DNA of 60,568 bases, the filler included. It is 4 parts of 4 records of this genome, joined end to end, with 100 filler letters (N's around TTAATTAATTAA, not from the genome) between each part and the next. Parts side by side here need not be neighbours in the genome. Positions count along the whole stretch, not along the records: positions 1 to 27,214 come from DRR378314_2629; 3 more parts are not named here. One strand, written 5' to 3'. Below the pieces are notes generated by a model. That model was not told where the DNA came from. It searched no databases and worked only from the letters and a program-made list of their open reading frames with translations. The position numbers were made by a program, and so were the translations under genes. Below, one piece after another: positions 17,449-27,202 of this stretch. The number at the start of each line of letters is the position of its first letter. The stretch's first letter is position 1.

Positions 17449-18678
17449 CTATTCGAAACCAGGAGGCATAGGCGGTTTGCCGCACAAGGTTTCGATCGCG
17501 GCAGCGACTTCCAGCGTCAATCGATCCGCTCCATAAGGGCCTATGACCTGAACAGAATGGGGCAGCCGGGTTTGCGCATCAATTCCTGTGCAGACAGCCG
17601 TCGCTGGCAGAGCAGCAAAGTTCGCCCACGCCGTGAAGTCCGCTTGGTTGGCAGGCACACGATCATCGAAAGAAAATGCCTGCTGCGGCGCCGTAGGCGC
17701 TATCACTACATCGACTTCTTGAAACAACGCGTCAGCAGCCGCTCGCACACGTTCGATATGCTTGTAGGCTGTCGAAACGTCATCTGGTGGCCGGCCTACC
17801 CCCCACTCGAGCAAGCTGCGAAACGACGGTGTGAACCCTTCGGGATTAGATTGCAGCTGTTCCTTGTGCACAGAGAACGCCTCAACTTCCGAAATCAGTA
17901 GTCCCGCGCGGCGTGATTTCCCATACGCGTACTCCGGTGGAGCAACCTTCTCTGGTTCCAAACCGGCCTCAGATGCCAGCAGACCGATAAAGCGCTCAAA
18001 TGCCTCCGACACAGGATCAGTCAACGCTATTTCGGAATCGCCGTCCCAAAACCCGACTCTTAGCTGGTTCAATTGTGACGGGATGAGCTCCCCCGGCTTT
18101 CCCCAATCTGCCAGAACGTGCATGGACTGCCAAAGCGCATTAATATTCCGCGCGAGTGGGCCGACATGATCTAGCGAGTGAGACAACGCCATCACTCCAT
18201 CATTCGGAACGACACCCGTGGTGGGCTTATGCCCCTGCACACCGCAATAAGCAGCCGGGATTCGTATACTGCCCATTGTGTCTGAGCCGAGCGCCACATC
18301 ACAGAGTCCAGCCGCTACGGCTGCGCCTGACCCACCAGAGGATCCGCCTGGTGTGAAGCCATACCTCCACGGGTTATGAGTGCGCCCATAAGCCAAATTG
18401 TCAGTCGTCGCACCAAGAGCTGCCTCATGCATATTCAAGGTGCCGAGTACCGAACCTCCAGAGCTTTTTATGCGTTCTACCACCGTCGCGTCACGCGGCG
18501 CAATGTTATCTCGATAAGCCTCTATACCCGCAGTAAGAGGCAATCCGGAGACAGAGATATTTGACTTCACGCCATACGATGGACCATCGCCGAGATCGCC
18601 TTCGCCAAGATCAACAAAGGCGTTTAGACGAGGATTGAACTTCTCAATTCTCCTCTTGTATTCAGACCCGGTTCTCAC
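17449..18678 (-). CDS. Amidase-signature family amidase
   Basis: Lys in GVKSNI, GGSSGGS, LGSDTMGSIRIPAAYCG (Ser-cisSer-Lys triad intact). GTG start overlaps the upstream stop (GTGA). Confidence 0.93.
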   Translation of the reverse strand: MRTGSEYKRRIEKFNPRLNAFVDLGEGDLGDGPSYGVKSNISVSGLPLTAGIEAYRDNIAPRDATVVERIKSSGGSVLGTLNMHEAALGATTDNLAYGRTHNPWRYGFTPGGSSGGSGAAVAAGLCDVALGSDTMGSIRIPAAYCGVQGHKPTTGVVPNDGVMALSHSLDHVGPLARNINALWQSMHVLADWGKPGELIPSQLNQLRVGFWDGDSEIALTDPVSEAFERFIGLLASEAGLEPEKVAPPEYAYGKSRRAGLLISEVEAFSVHKEQLQSNPEGFTPSFRSLLEWGVGRPPDDVSTAYKHIERVRAAADALFQEVDVVIAPTAPQQAFSFDDRVPANQADFTAWANFAALPATAVCTGIDAQTRLPHSVQVIGPYGADRLTLEVAAAIETLCGKPPMPPGFE

Positions 18679-20063
18679 TTGAATCTCTCGTCAATCAAGC
18701 GAACTGGCTTCTGGCGAACTTCTGTCTGCGTGAGTGGCGCGAGGTCTCCCGGCGCTGATAATTCGATACTGCAGTCGATACCAATGCTACGCTTGAGAAT
18801 GGCTTTAAAGCGATCTGCGACCTCTTCACCGCGATCCCCATTCACCTCCGCGCATACGATGAATTCGTCTCTGCCCTGTTCGTCCCGAACAGCTTTGCAG
18901 ATAAATTCGCCAGCGAAACTCGAATCCGCCTCAAGCAACGGTCCCATCGCCTGAGGGAATACATTGATGCCGCGAATCTTCACCATGTTGTCTGAGCGAC
19001 CAAGAAACCCTTCTATGCGCTGCAAGTTCAGACCAAGAGACGATTTTCCAGATACGATCTTTGTTACGTCGTGCGTATTGAAACGAATGACCGGATATAC
19101 ATCATCCTTGTGAATACATGTGCAGACAATATCTCCCGGTTGGCCATCGGGGACTGGTTTTCCAGTGTCGATGTCACAGACTTCAACAATCTGGCCGTCT
19201 TCCATGACGTATAGCCCGTCCCGATCCGGCCCTTCTCCCGCAACCACTCCGGTATCACCAACTCCGTACCAATCGAAGCAGTCAACACCGCCCCACGCTT
19301 CAGAAAGCGCGTTCTTGTCTTCTCGCCCGAGATGACCAGAAATCATTCGAATGTTCAAATCCCGCACTGGATCGATACCCAACTCTGTTGCCACGCGCGC
19401 CAACTTTTTGATGTAGTCGGCAAAACCAATGATGACAGTGGTACCGAAGTCCCGCATCAGCTCGACTTGTTTTGCAGAGCGCGTTTCTACGCCCGTGCCG
19501 GCCGACATAAAAATCGCATTCGTCCAATGAGTCACGGCCTCACGAACGTAGTGCCCTCCATTGATCATGCCGTGCCCGTACACTGAGTGGACAACATCAT
19601 CCGGTCGCATGCCCTGGAACTGGTAAAGCCTTCCGAGCATCAAGCTTTGAACCTCCCGGGATTTCGCACCAAACAGCAACACCTGAGGATTTCCCGTCGT
19701 GCCCGATGTCGTATGCATGATCACAGGCTGGCGACCATTTGGACCGCTTTCAATTCCCCCGAAATCCCCAAATGGCGGATTGGCATCGATCGATGCCATG
19801 ATATCTGATTTGTCGAAAACGGGCAGACTGTTCAGCGTCTCCAGGCCTTTGATATCACCCGGCTCGATGCCAGCCTCGCCCCACAGCCGCTGATAGAACG
19901 GTATCTGCCAAGCACGAGCAACACATCGCTTGAAAAGCCTATCCTGATGGGCGCGAATCTCATCGCGGCTTTGCTTTGCAAACTGAAGGAAGTCCTGACC
20001 AATCGGGTGATCCTTACGCAGCTCTGCCCAGTTGATCGCATCATGATAGACGTTGTGTTTCAT
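18675..20063 (-). CDS. Phenylacetate-CoA ligase-like (PaaK family) acyl-CoA ligase
   Basis: PFYQRLW, TTSGTTGNP, WYG, RFNTHD, GRSDNMVKIRGINVFP, C-terminal KPVRLID. Start ATG 20063. Confidence 0.9.
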   Translation of the reverse strand: MKHNVYHDAINWAELRKDHPIGQDFLQFAKQSRDEIRAHQDRLFKRCVARAWQIPFYQRLWGEAGIEPGDIKGLETLNSLPVFDKSDIMASIDANPPFGDFGGIESGPNGRQPVIMHTTSGTTGNPQVLLFGAKSREVQSLMLGRLYQFQGMRPDDVVHSVYGHGMINGGHYVREAVTHWTNAIFMSAGTGVETRSAKQVELMRDFGTTVIIGFADYIKKLARVATELGIDPVRDLNIRMISGHLGREDKNALSEAWGGVDCFDWYGVGDTGVVAGEGPDRDGLYVMEDGQIVEVCDIDTGKPVPDGQPGDIVCTCIHKDDVYPVIRFNTHDVTKIVSGKSSLGLNLQRIEGFLGRSDNMVKIRGINVFPQAMGPLLEADSSFAGEFICKAVRDEQGRDEFIVCAEVNGDRGEEVADRFKAILKRSIGIDCSIELSAPGDLAPLTQTEVRQKPVRLIDERFK

Positions 20064-20115
20064 ACTAGGGCACCCTTTGCGTCCGCAAGACTGTAATGTT
20101 TGATGGCTGATATAA

Positions 20116-21429
20116 TCATGACAATAGATGTTCACGTATCAGGACGAGTAGATCACTCGATAAAGATTCGGCTTTATCGATGATTTGTTGGCTTTGATTT
20201 TGCTCGACACCCGAATGATCCATCAATGCATAGGCCTTCTGGTGGATCTGCGCTTTCGTTAGGGGATTCTCAGGATCACCGAGTGCATCAGGGGCTTCCG
20301 CCGAGACTTGGCTTCCATCTTGGAAGACAATCGCAACTTGGGCACCGTATCTCGCGGGGTATGCAGACGCGTACGGCTCTCCGCATTGAACGGAAACCTT
20401 GCTCCTGATTTCTGCGATATCTTGCCGATCTATTGACAAACTGTCGAAATCAGCGATTTCCGGCCGCCCTTTGATAAGAACCGTCGCCACACTATGTTGA
20501 AGCGAGAATTTGGCTTCTATCGTAGATTTTGGGTCAGGCCGATCACAGAATGTCAAAGCGTCAGAATAGGTACCCACTTCGACCTGATAAACATTGGTCA
20601 AATCCACTCCGCTCTCGAACAGTTCGAGCGCTGCGTCGATGGCGGCGTGCGCATGACGACATGCGGCCCATGGCTTGAAGCTGACTTGTTCAATCTGCCA
20701 GTCGTACTCATACGTTGACAAAACTGCTTCAGGGTCTGCCTCCGGTGCACAAGCGGCGAAAAAACCTTGTTGACCCTCGAGAATTGAAAGCGGCCCTTTG
20801 AAGCCGGCAGCCGCCAAATTCGCCGAGTCGACGCCTGCCCTCGCAGCGTTGGCTGTGTGTAATTGCTTCCCCATACTTTCAGGCTCATGCCGCGTTTGCC
20901 ACAAACCAGAAGCTTGGCTCATTGCAAGTGCCAGTGCATGAGATGTCTCCACGGGGCTCAACTGCAACAATCTCGCGCAAGCAGCTGCAGCCCCGACCGA
21001 ACCGCATGTTCCAGTCGTATGCCACAGCTTATAGTGGCCTGGCCCGGTGGCACGACCGAGCCGGATCGTCGCCTCATATCCAGAGACGATCGCTTCTGGT
21101 AGTCGGTTCAGACGCTCCGGATCTTCAAGGCACATTGCCAGCGCGGCAGGAATGATAGACGGCCCCGGATGGAGAATGGCACGCTTGTCGACGTCATCCA
21201 TTTCCAGAACGTTGCCGAGTACACCCAAATAAAACGCATTGGAACTCGCATAGTCTTTGCGTACCCGCATCGCTGCTTTTGCAACGGCCTCCTGACTGCC
21301 GGCAATGGCACAACCAAGCCAGTCAATCAGGTGCAGTATTGCCCGCTCCTGAATGGCTTCGCTTACAGGCCGGGATACTAAACTGGCCAAAGACTGAATT
21401 ATGGTGGGGTTAGCTATTTGTCCGGACAT
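20116..21429 (-). CDS. MmgE/PrpD family protein
   Basis: DWLGCAIAG, LEMDD, HPG, GYE, WHTTGTCG, KQLH, ILEGQQGF, FKPWAACRHAH, AKFSL, GDPENPL. Confidence 0.93.
   Translation of the reverse strand: MSGQIANPTIIQSLASLVSRPVSEAIQERAILHLIDWLGCAIAGSQEAVAKAAMRVRKDYASSNAFYLGVLGNVLEMDDVDKRAILHPGPSIIPAALAMCLEDPERLNRLPEAIVSGYEATIRLGRATGPGHYKLWHTTGTCGSVGAAAACARLLQLSPVETSHALALAMSQASGLWQTRHEPESMGKQLHTANAARAGVDSANLAAAGFKGPLSILEGQQGFFAACAPEADPEAVLSTYEYDWQIEQVSFKPWAACRHAHAAIDAALELFESGVDLTNVYQVEVGTYSDALTFCDRPDPKSTIEAKFSLQHSVATVLIKGRPEIADFDSLSIDRQDIAEIRSKVSVQCGEPYASAYPARYGAQVAIVFQDGSQVSAEAPDALGDPENPLTKAQIHQKAYALMDHSGVEQNQSQQIIDKAESLSSDLLVLIREHLLS
21418..21429. promoter_or_regulatory. Motif B site TTGTCCGGACAT overlapping the MmgE/PrpD start codon, divergent from the second GntR gene
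   Basis: 11 of 12 positions match TTGTCCGGACAA. Confidence 0.65.
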
Positions 21430-21610
21430 TTTATCTTTTTACCATTTTGCGCGCATAAGAAAACCCACTAAATGGCGATGCGCGCGATAGCGGATGTATT
21501 GCGCAATCTTATTCAAGACTTGACTGTTTTTGTGTCAGAACTGCTCTATTGAACAATCCACTCGAACGTGCGGTTCGTGTAGCTTTTATCCAGAGGACGC
21601 CCACAAGCTC

Positions 21611-22333
21611 ATGCCATCACGAAACACCCCTCGTTACCGCGTATTGGCAGACCAACTCAAAAAGGACATCCTGTCCGGCAGGCTTAAACCTGGCGACCAA
21701 CTGCAAACAGAACTCGAACTATGTGATATACATAACATCTCACGATATACCGCCAGAGAGGCCCTACGCATTCTGTCTGAGGAAGGACTGATTGCAAGAC
21801 GACGCGGCGCGGGTACCGTGGTGGCAGAACTGCACGCGCCCGCATTCGCTCAACCGATTGGTGATTTCGACTCCATCCTGAAGTACGCGAGGGACGCTCA
21901 TTTTGAACTTCACTCGACGCGCACAGCGGAACGAGAAGAGCTGACCAATATTGGTTTGAAAGGACGCTATACGCTGTTTGAAGGAGTGCGCAGACAGGAA
22001 ACGGCTCCGCCAATCGCGATGACAAAAATATACGCCCTATCGACTCTGGCTCCCGATAAAGAAACTCTTGTAACGCTGCAAACCTCAATCTCGGAATGGA
22101 TCGAAAAGACCCACTCCATACCCGTAAACAAAGTCAGTCAACGCATGGAAGCTGTTGCCCTATCTCGAAATGAAGCGAAGGCTTTGCAGGTAGAAAAGAG
22201 CTCGCCCGCACTCAAGACGACTCGTAGATATTTTGATCCAACTGGAAAAGTCGTCCTCTACTCGGAAAGCCTTCACCCTTCCGGAAGATTTGTCTATGAA
22301 ATGCAACTCGATCGAAAACGCAACAGAGAATGA
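21611..22333 (+). CDS. GntR-family regulator, HutC subfamily (wHTH + UTRA)
   Basis: PRYRVLADQL, LQTELEL, ISRYTAREAL, RRRGAGTVV, C-terminal SLHPSGRFVY. GAGGA RBS before ATG 21611. Confidence 0.93.
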   Translation: MPSRNTPRYRVLADQLKKDILSGRLKPGDQLQTELELCDIHNISRYTAREALRILSEEGLIARRRGAGTVVAELHAPAFAQPIGDFDSILKYARDAHFELHSTRTAEREELTNIGLKGRYTLFEGVRRQETAPPIAMTKIYALSTLAPDKETLVTLQTSISEWIEKTHSIPVNKVSQRMEAVALSRNEAKALQVEKSSPALKTTRRYFDPTGKVVLYSESLHPSGRFVYEMQLDRKRNRE

Positions 22334-22340
22334 CGCAAAC

Positions 22341-23507
22341 CTATATTGCGCCTTTCTGTATCAGTGCCGCGATATCATCGTCAGATATATTCAGAGATTT
22401 CAAAATCTCCACAGAATGCTGGCCATATGATGGCACCGCCGGATTCGGACTAGCAGGCTCTTGTGCAAACTTGATTGCAGGACCGATGTGCCTGTTACCA
22501 TCATCATCGGTGAAAACCATCTGGCGCTCCTCTGTAAAAGGATCATCAAACGAATCTTTCAAGCTGCGAACCCAGCTCCAACAGCAATCGACATCCTTGA
22601 GAAACGCCTTCCACCACTCCAACGGCCGTTTCGAAAACTCTTCAGTAAAAAAGTCTCGCAATGGTTGTTGCGCCGGCCCCGGAACTTCGTGAGCATAGCC
22701 CAAAAGGTCTTCCCGGTTAAACGCCTTCAGCAAATTGGCGGCGAATTTTACTTCGCTACCACCAAGAATGATGAATTCATCATCTGACGTCTTGTAGAGA
22801 TTGTACATTGCGCTGCCACCGAAGCTCCGCATCTCTTTTGGCGCTGGGGCACGACCTTCTCCGAAAGTGGGGCCAAGCACATTCGGCGTCCAAGCGATCG
22901 CCGCATCGTACATGGACAGATCAATGAAATCGCCCTCCCCCGTAATGCTCCGACGATAGAGCGCCATCAGAATGGCTGACAACGCCATCAAGGATGCCGA
23001 AGCGTCCGCGAAAGGAATACTCGGCATAGCCGGTTGATCATCCTGACCCCGGTTCAGGTCGACCAGCCCTGCCATTCCCTGCACAGTCAAATCATGAGCA
23101 GGCTTGCGAGCCAGAGAAGAATCCTGACCAAACGCTGAGATCGAACAGTAAACGATACCGGGGTTGATGCCCCGCAAAGTTTCGTAATCAACGCCCAAGC
23201 GCTGGACGACACCTGGCCGAAATGCCTCGACTACAACGTCAACTTCCGCTGCAAGTTTGTAGAAAGCAGCTAGTGCGTCTGGATCTTTCAAGTTCAGCTT
23301 GAGGCTCCGCTTTCCACGCGAAATGTTTCGAAACCAGACAGACACGCCGTCTGCCGCTTTCTCTCCAATTTCCCTGACTGGCTCACCGAGACCATTGGCT
23401 GGCTCGATCATGATGACATCCGCACCGTGATCGGCCATCATCATCGTCATGTGAGGCCCCGGCAGGAACGCGGATAGATCGAGTACTTTCAGGCCGTCGA
23501 GCTTCAC
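22341..23507 (-). CDS. Class III (CaiB/BaiF) CoA transferase
   Basis: LDGLKVLDLS, PGPHMTMMMADHGADVI, RGKRS, EAFRPG, SISAFGQ, AHDL, PFAD, PSYGQHS. GTGA overlap. Confidence 0.94.
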   Translation of the reverse strand: MKLDGLKVLDLSAFLPGPHMTMMMADHGADVIMIEPANGLGEPVREIGEKAADGVSVWFRNISRGKRSLKLNLKDPDALAAFYKLAAEVDVVVEAFRPGVVQRLGVDYETLRGINPGIVYCSISAFGQDSSLARKPAHDLTVQGMAGLVDLNRGQDDQPAMPSIPFADASASLMALSAILMALYRRSITGEGDFIDLSMYDAAIAWTPNVLGPTFGEGRAPAPKEMRSFGGSAMYNLYKTSDDEFIILGGSEVKFAANLLKAFNREDLLGYAHEVPGPAQQPLRDFFTEEFSKRPLEWWKAFLKDVDCCWSWVRSLKDSFDDPFTEERQMVFTDDDGNRHIGPAIKFAQEPASPNPAVPSYGQHSVEILKSLNISDDDIAALIQKGAI

Positions 23508-24643
23508 TTGAGCAACTCACTATTATGCTCGCCCAAATCAGGCGCTCTGGAAGAGCGAACTCTAACTCCATTCACCTTGAAGGGGGATGCAAGCGTTCTC
23601 AGGCCGTCACTCAGCTTCGGGTGTTCCACTGTTTCCAGCATACCAATAGATTCTACATACGGATTGTCCAACGCTTCTGCGATGTTGAGAACGGGGGCAA
23701 ATGGAACCTTGCCGCCCAGGATTCTCATCCATTCCTCAGTGGAGCGTGTTTCGAGTATGGCATCTATTTGCGCGGTCAACTCCTGCAGATTCTCGCGCCT
23801 GTCAGCTATGGTCGCAAACCTCGGATCTTCCCGCAAAGATTCTGCGCCAACGATCTCACAGAACATATCCCAGAATTTGGGCGTTTGGCACATTAACATG
23901 CACCAGCTGTCTCGGGTTCGAAAAAGCTGTGAAGGTGAAATCGACGGGTGCGCACCACGCGGTAAGCGCCCGGTGACATGACCTTCATTGAGATACCACG
24001 TCGCAGGATACGAAGTCTGGTGAAGTGCTGTATCGAACAGGCAAACATCGACATCACATCCGACCCCGGACCGACTTGCCCCCAACACGCCTGCGAGCAT
24101 AGCAGTCGCCAAATGGCTGCCAGTGTGAAAATCAACCATCGACAAACCGGATCGGGCCGGAGCGCCGTCCGGCTCGCCTGTCATCATCATGAACCCTGCC
24201 TCGGCCTGCATCAGGTAGTCATAGCCCGGCCAGGAAGCTCTCTCACCATCGCGCCCGTAAGCCGACAAATGCGCACAAACGATCCGTGGGTTCACCGACT
24301 TCAGGCTCTCGAACGTCAGCCCCAGCTTTGCAGGTTGATCACCCCGCAGATTATTGGAGACCACATCTGATTCAGCTACAAGTTTGTGAAACGCACCGCG
24401 ACCCTCTGCAGATTTGAGATCCAGACTGACTGACTTCTTACCTTTGGAAAAGGTCTGAAAAAATTGACTGTCTCCGTCCCCTATCGGATAGGGCCTGACC
24501 GAGCGAGACACGTCACCACCTCGCGCCGCATCCTCAATCTTGATCACTTCGGCACCTAAATCTGCGAGCAGCATCGTGCCATAGGGACCGGCACCATACT
24601 GCTCAACTGACAGAATTCGGATCCCTTGCAACAAAGAAGACAT
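23504..24643 (-). CDS. Class III (CaiB/BaiF) CoA transferase
   Basis: LQGIRIL, AGPYGTMLLADLGAEVIKIE, KGKKS, GYDYLMQAEAG, SMVD, APDLGEH. Confidence 0.94.
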   Translation of the reverse strand: MSSLLQGIRILSVEQYGAGPYGTMLLADLGAEVIKIEDAARGGDVSRSVRPYPIGDGDSQFFQTFSKGKKSVSLDLKSAEGRGAFHKLVAESDVVSNNLRGDQPAKLGLTFESLKSVNPRIVCAHLSAYGRDGERASWPGYDYLMQAEAGFMMMTGEPDGAPARSGLSMVDFHTGSHLATAMLAGVLGASRSGVGCDVDVCLFDTALHQTSYPATWYLNEGHVTGRLPRGAHPSISPSQLFRTRDSWCMLMCQTPKFWDMFCEIVGAESLREDPRFATIADRRENLQELTAQIDAILETRSTEEWMRILGGKVPFAPVLNIAEALDNPYVESIGMLETVEHPKLSDGLRTLASPFKVNGVRVRSSRAPDLGEHNSELLK

Positions 24644-25827
24644 CAGACTGGATTCCGTTTCACAAGCTGCTTGGCGATAATGATGCGTTGCATCTCATTC
24701 GTCCCCTCACCGATACACATCAACGGCGCGTCTCGATACAGCCGTTCAATCGGATACTCCTTTGAATATCCGTATCCGCCATGAATGCGCATCGCCTCGG
24801 TTGCACAGTACACAGCAACTTCTGATGCGAAGTATTTGGCCATTCCCGCTTCCATATCGACACGTTGCCCGGCGTCAAACATTCGCGCAGCATCCTCAAC
24901 GAGCAGCTCTGCCGCCCGGACTTTTGCTGCCATTTCACCAAGTTTCAGCTGGATTGCCTGATGTTCGCATATGGGCTTACCCATCGTCTTTCGAGTCTGA
25001 GAGTATGCGACCGACTCCTTAAGGGCCCGCTTGGCAATACCAACAGAACGGGCGGCCACATTGATCCGGCCAATTTCCAACCCGCCGGTGGCCATATAGA
25101 AGCCTTTGCCTTCTTCACCGCCAACCAAACTCAGCTCAGCGTCACATTCATAGCCGCTATAGATTAGCTCTCCGGAATCAATGCCCTTGTATCCGAGTTT
25201 CTCGAGCTTCTTCCCATTTGTGACGCCTGGTAGATGGTCTTCCGTATCTGGAGCTGTTTTGGTCAATGTGATCAGCATCGACATCCCCTTGTAGCGCGGT
25301 TGCGCGTCCGGATCTGTCTTCACAAGTGCAGCGGCACAATTGCCTTGTATGGCATTTGAAATCCAGGTCTTCGCACCCTCGACGACGTATTTGTCGCCTA
25401 CACGGCTTGCACGGGTCGTCAAAGCCTGCAAGTCGGTTCCAGCATTAGGCTCAGTCAGAGCAAGTCCGCCTCGAATCTCCCCGGTCGCGAACTTTGGCAA
25501 CCAATATTCTTTCTGTTTCGGCGTGCCGAATTTTTGCACGATGATGGCCATCATCAAGTGAGAGTTGAATATGCCGCTCAGGCTCATCCACTCTTCCGAA
25601 ATCAACGTCACAATCTTCGAGTAGAGCGACGCAGACAGATTCAAACCACCATAATCTTCTTCGATCAATGCGCCGAACAGGCCGAGCTCTTTCATATCCT
25701 CGACCAACGCATGCGGATACTCGTCGTCATGCTCCATCTGCATGGCAACCGGCTTCACTTTTTGCTCTAGCCATTTTCCAATGGCATCCAGCATCAGGCG
25801 ATCGTCTTCATTCAACATGTCAGTCAT
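24643..25827 (-). CDS. Acyl-CoA dehydrogenase
   Basis: EDYGGL, ALTEPNAGTD, GAKTWISN, KLGYKG, GRINVAA, AGMAK, HGGYGY, ERLYRD, catalytic Glu in IGEGTNEMQR. Confidence 0.96.
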   Translation of the reverse strand: MTDMLNEDDRLMLDAIGKWLEQKVKPVAMQMEHDDEYPHALVEDMKELGLFGALIEEDYGGLNLSASLYSKIVTLISEEWMSLSGIFNSHLMMAIIVQKFGTPKQKEYWLPKFATGEIRGGLALTEPNAGTDLQALTTRASRVGDKYVVEGAKTWISNAIQGNCAAALVKTDPDAQPRYKGMSMLITLTKTAPDTEDHLPGVTNGKKLEKLGYKGIDSGELIYSGYECDAELSLVGGEEGKGFYMATGGLEIGRINVAARSVGIAKRALKESVAYSQTRKTMGKPICEHQAIQLKLGEMAAKVRAAELLVEDAARMFDAGQRVDMEAGMAKYFASEVAVYCATEAMRIHGGYGYSKEYPIERLYRDAPLMCIGEGTNEMQRIIIAKQLVKRNPV

Positions 25828-25837
25828 CGCGGGGCCC

Positions 25838-26359
25838 TCAATAGTTTCCGACTTTGTCTTCGACAGCGTTGCCGCGCGATGGAATCAGCATATTGCGTTT
25901 GAAGGTGCACACCATCTTGGCGTCCTGGTTGAAACCTCGAGTCACAATCGTGACAATACCCTGACCTGGACGTGATTTGCTTTCGCGCTTCTCCAGCACT
26001 TCGCTCTCACCATATAGCGTATCGCCCGCAAAAACTGGCGCGGTGAACTTCACCTCATCCATGCCAAGATTGGCAATGGCTTTCTGACTGCAATCCGTGA
26101 CACTCATACCGATGAGTAGTGCGAGCGTATAAGGACTAACCACCAGATTCTTTTTGAATTCACTTGCGGCAGCAAATTCAGAATCAAAATGCATGGGGTG
26201 AGTATTCAATGTTAGCAACGTGAACAGATGATTGTCATACTCCGTCACCGTCTTTCCTGGACGATGCTCATAAATATCTCCCGGAATGAAATCCTCAAAG
26301 TATCGTCCAAAGGTCTCACGATATCGGTTTGGACCAACTTCTTTGATGTTCTGTACCAT
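25838..26359 (-). CDS. MaoC-family (hot-dog) hydratase, RipB/itaconyl-CoA hydratase-like
   Basis: GRYFEDF, hydratase motif DNHLFTLLTLNTHPMHFD, ANLG, PVFAGDTLY, RESKSRPGQGIV. ATG 26359 with GGAG RBS; the ORF-track start is too long. Confidence 0.9.
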   Translation of the reverse strand: MVQNIKEVGPNRYRETFGRYFEDFIPGDIYEHRPGKTVTEYDNHLFTLLTLNTHPMHFDSEFAAASEFKKNLVVSPYTLALLIGMSVTDCSQKAIANLGMDEVKFTAPVFAGDTLYGESEVLEKRESKSRPGQGIVTIVTRGFNQDAKMVCTFKRNMLIPSRGNAVEDKVGNY

Positions 26360-26375
26360 GTTTGTGACTCCGTAA

Positions 26376-27188
26376 TTATTTCGCGCGCGACAGAATGCGT
26401 TGTGCTGCCAGAACAACAGGGCGATCAACAAGCTTTCCCTTGTGAAGCACAGCGCCTCCCGCCGACGCCTCAAATGCAGCAACAATCGCGCGCGCCTCTG
26501 CAACTTCCGATTCATCCGGTGCGAAGACTGAATTCACGGGATCTATCTGTTTTGGGTGAATACAAGCTCGGCCGGAATAGCCGAGGGCCTTCACTGCCTG
26601 GGTAGACGTCACCAATCCAACTTCATCGGACACGTCAAGAAAGGGGACGTCGTAGGCCGGCACTCCAGCCGCGCCGCACGCATTTGAAATTTTACTTCTT
26701 GCGTACAACATTGCCTGCGAACTCGATAAATCAGCGCCCAATCCTGCGGAATAGTCCGCGCCGCCGAACAGCACGCCAAGGGGGCTTGCTGCCGCAATTT
26801 CCATGGCATTGGAGAGTCCTCGTCCGCTCTCGATCACCGCAACGAGACGGGTATCAGACAAAGCTTCTGAGACGATCTCCATATCCACACCAGTCTCAGT
26901 TTTCGGCACCATCACAAAGGTCGGATTAGCTCCTCCTTCTGCGAGTGCGGCAATATCAGCACATCCTTCAAACGTACGCGGAGAATTTATCCGCACCGCA
27001 GCACGAACACCCTCTGGTCTTCTGGATAGCCAGTCTAGCGCATCTGACCGAGCAGAAGCTTTTTCGGCGGGCAGTACAGCGTCTTCAAGATCAATAATGA
27101 TCGTATCGGCCCCGGACTTTACTGCCTTGTCAAAGCGGTCTGGTCTTGCGCCGGGCACGAACAGGAGAGATCTGAATGCAGCAACCAT
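26376..27188 (-). CDS. CitE-like (HpcH/HpaI) CoA-ester lyase, citramalyl-/malyl-CoA lyase type
   Basis: RSLLFVPG, DLEDAV, VRIN, MVPK, IES, FGGADY, CIHPKQI, GKLVDRPV. No citD/citF nearby. Confidence 0.93.
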   Translation of the reverse strand: MVAAFRSLLFVPGARPDRFDKAVKSGADTIIIDLEDAVLPAEKASARSDALDWLSRRPEGVRAAVRINSPRTFEGCADIAALAEGGANPTFVMVPKTETGVDMEIVSEALSDTRLVAVIESGRGLSNAMEIAAASPLGVLFGGADYSAGLGADLSSSQAMLYARSKISNACGAAGVPAYDVPFLDVSDEVGLVTSTQAVKALGYSGRACIHPKQIDPVNSVFAPDESEVAEARAIVAAFEASAGGAVLHKGKLVDRPVVLAAQRILSRAK

Positions 27189-27202
27189 ATTGAGCCCCTA
27201 AT

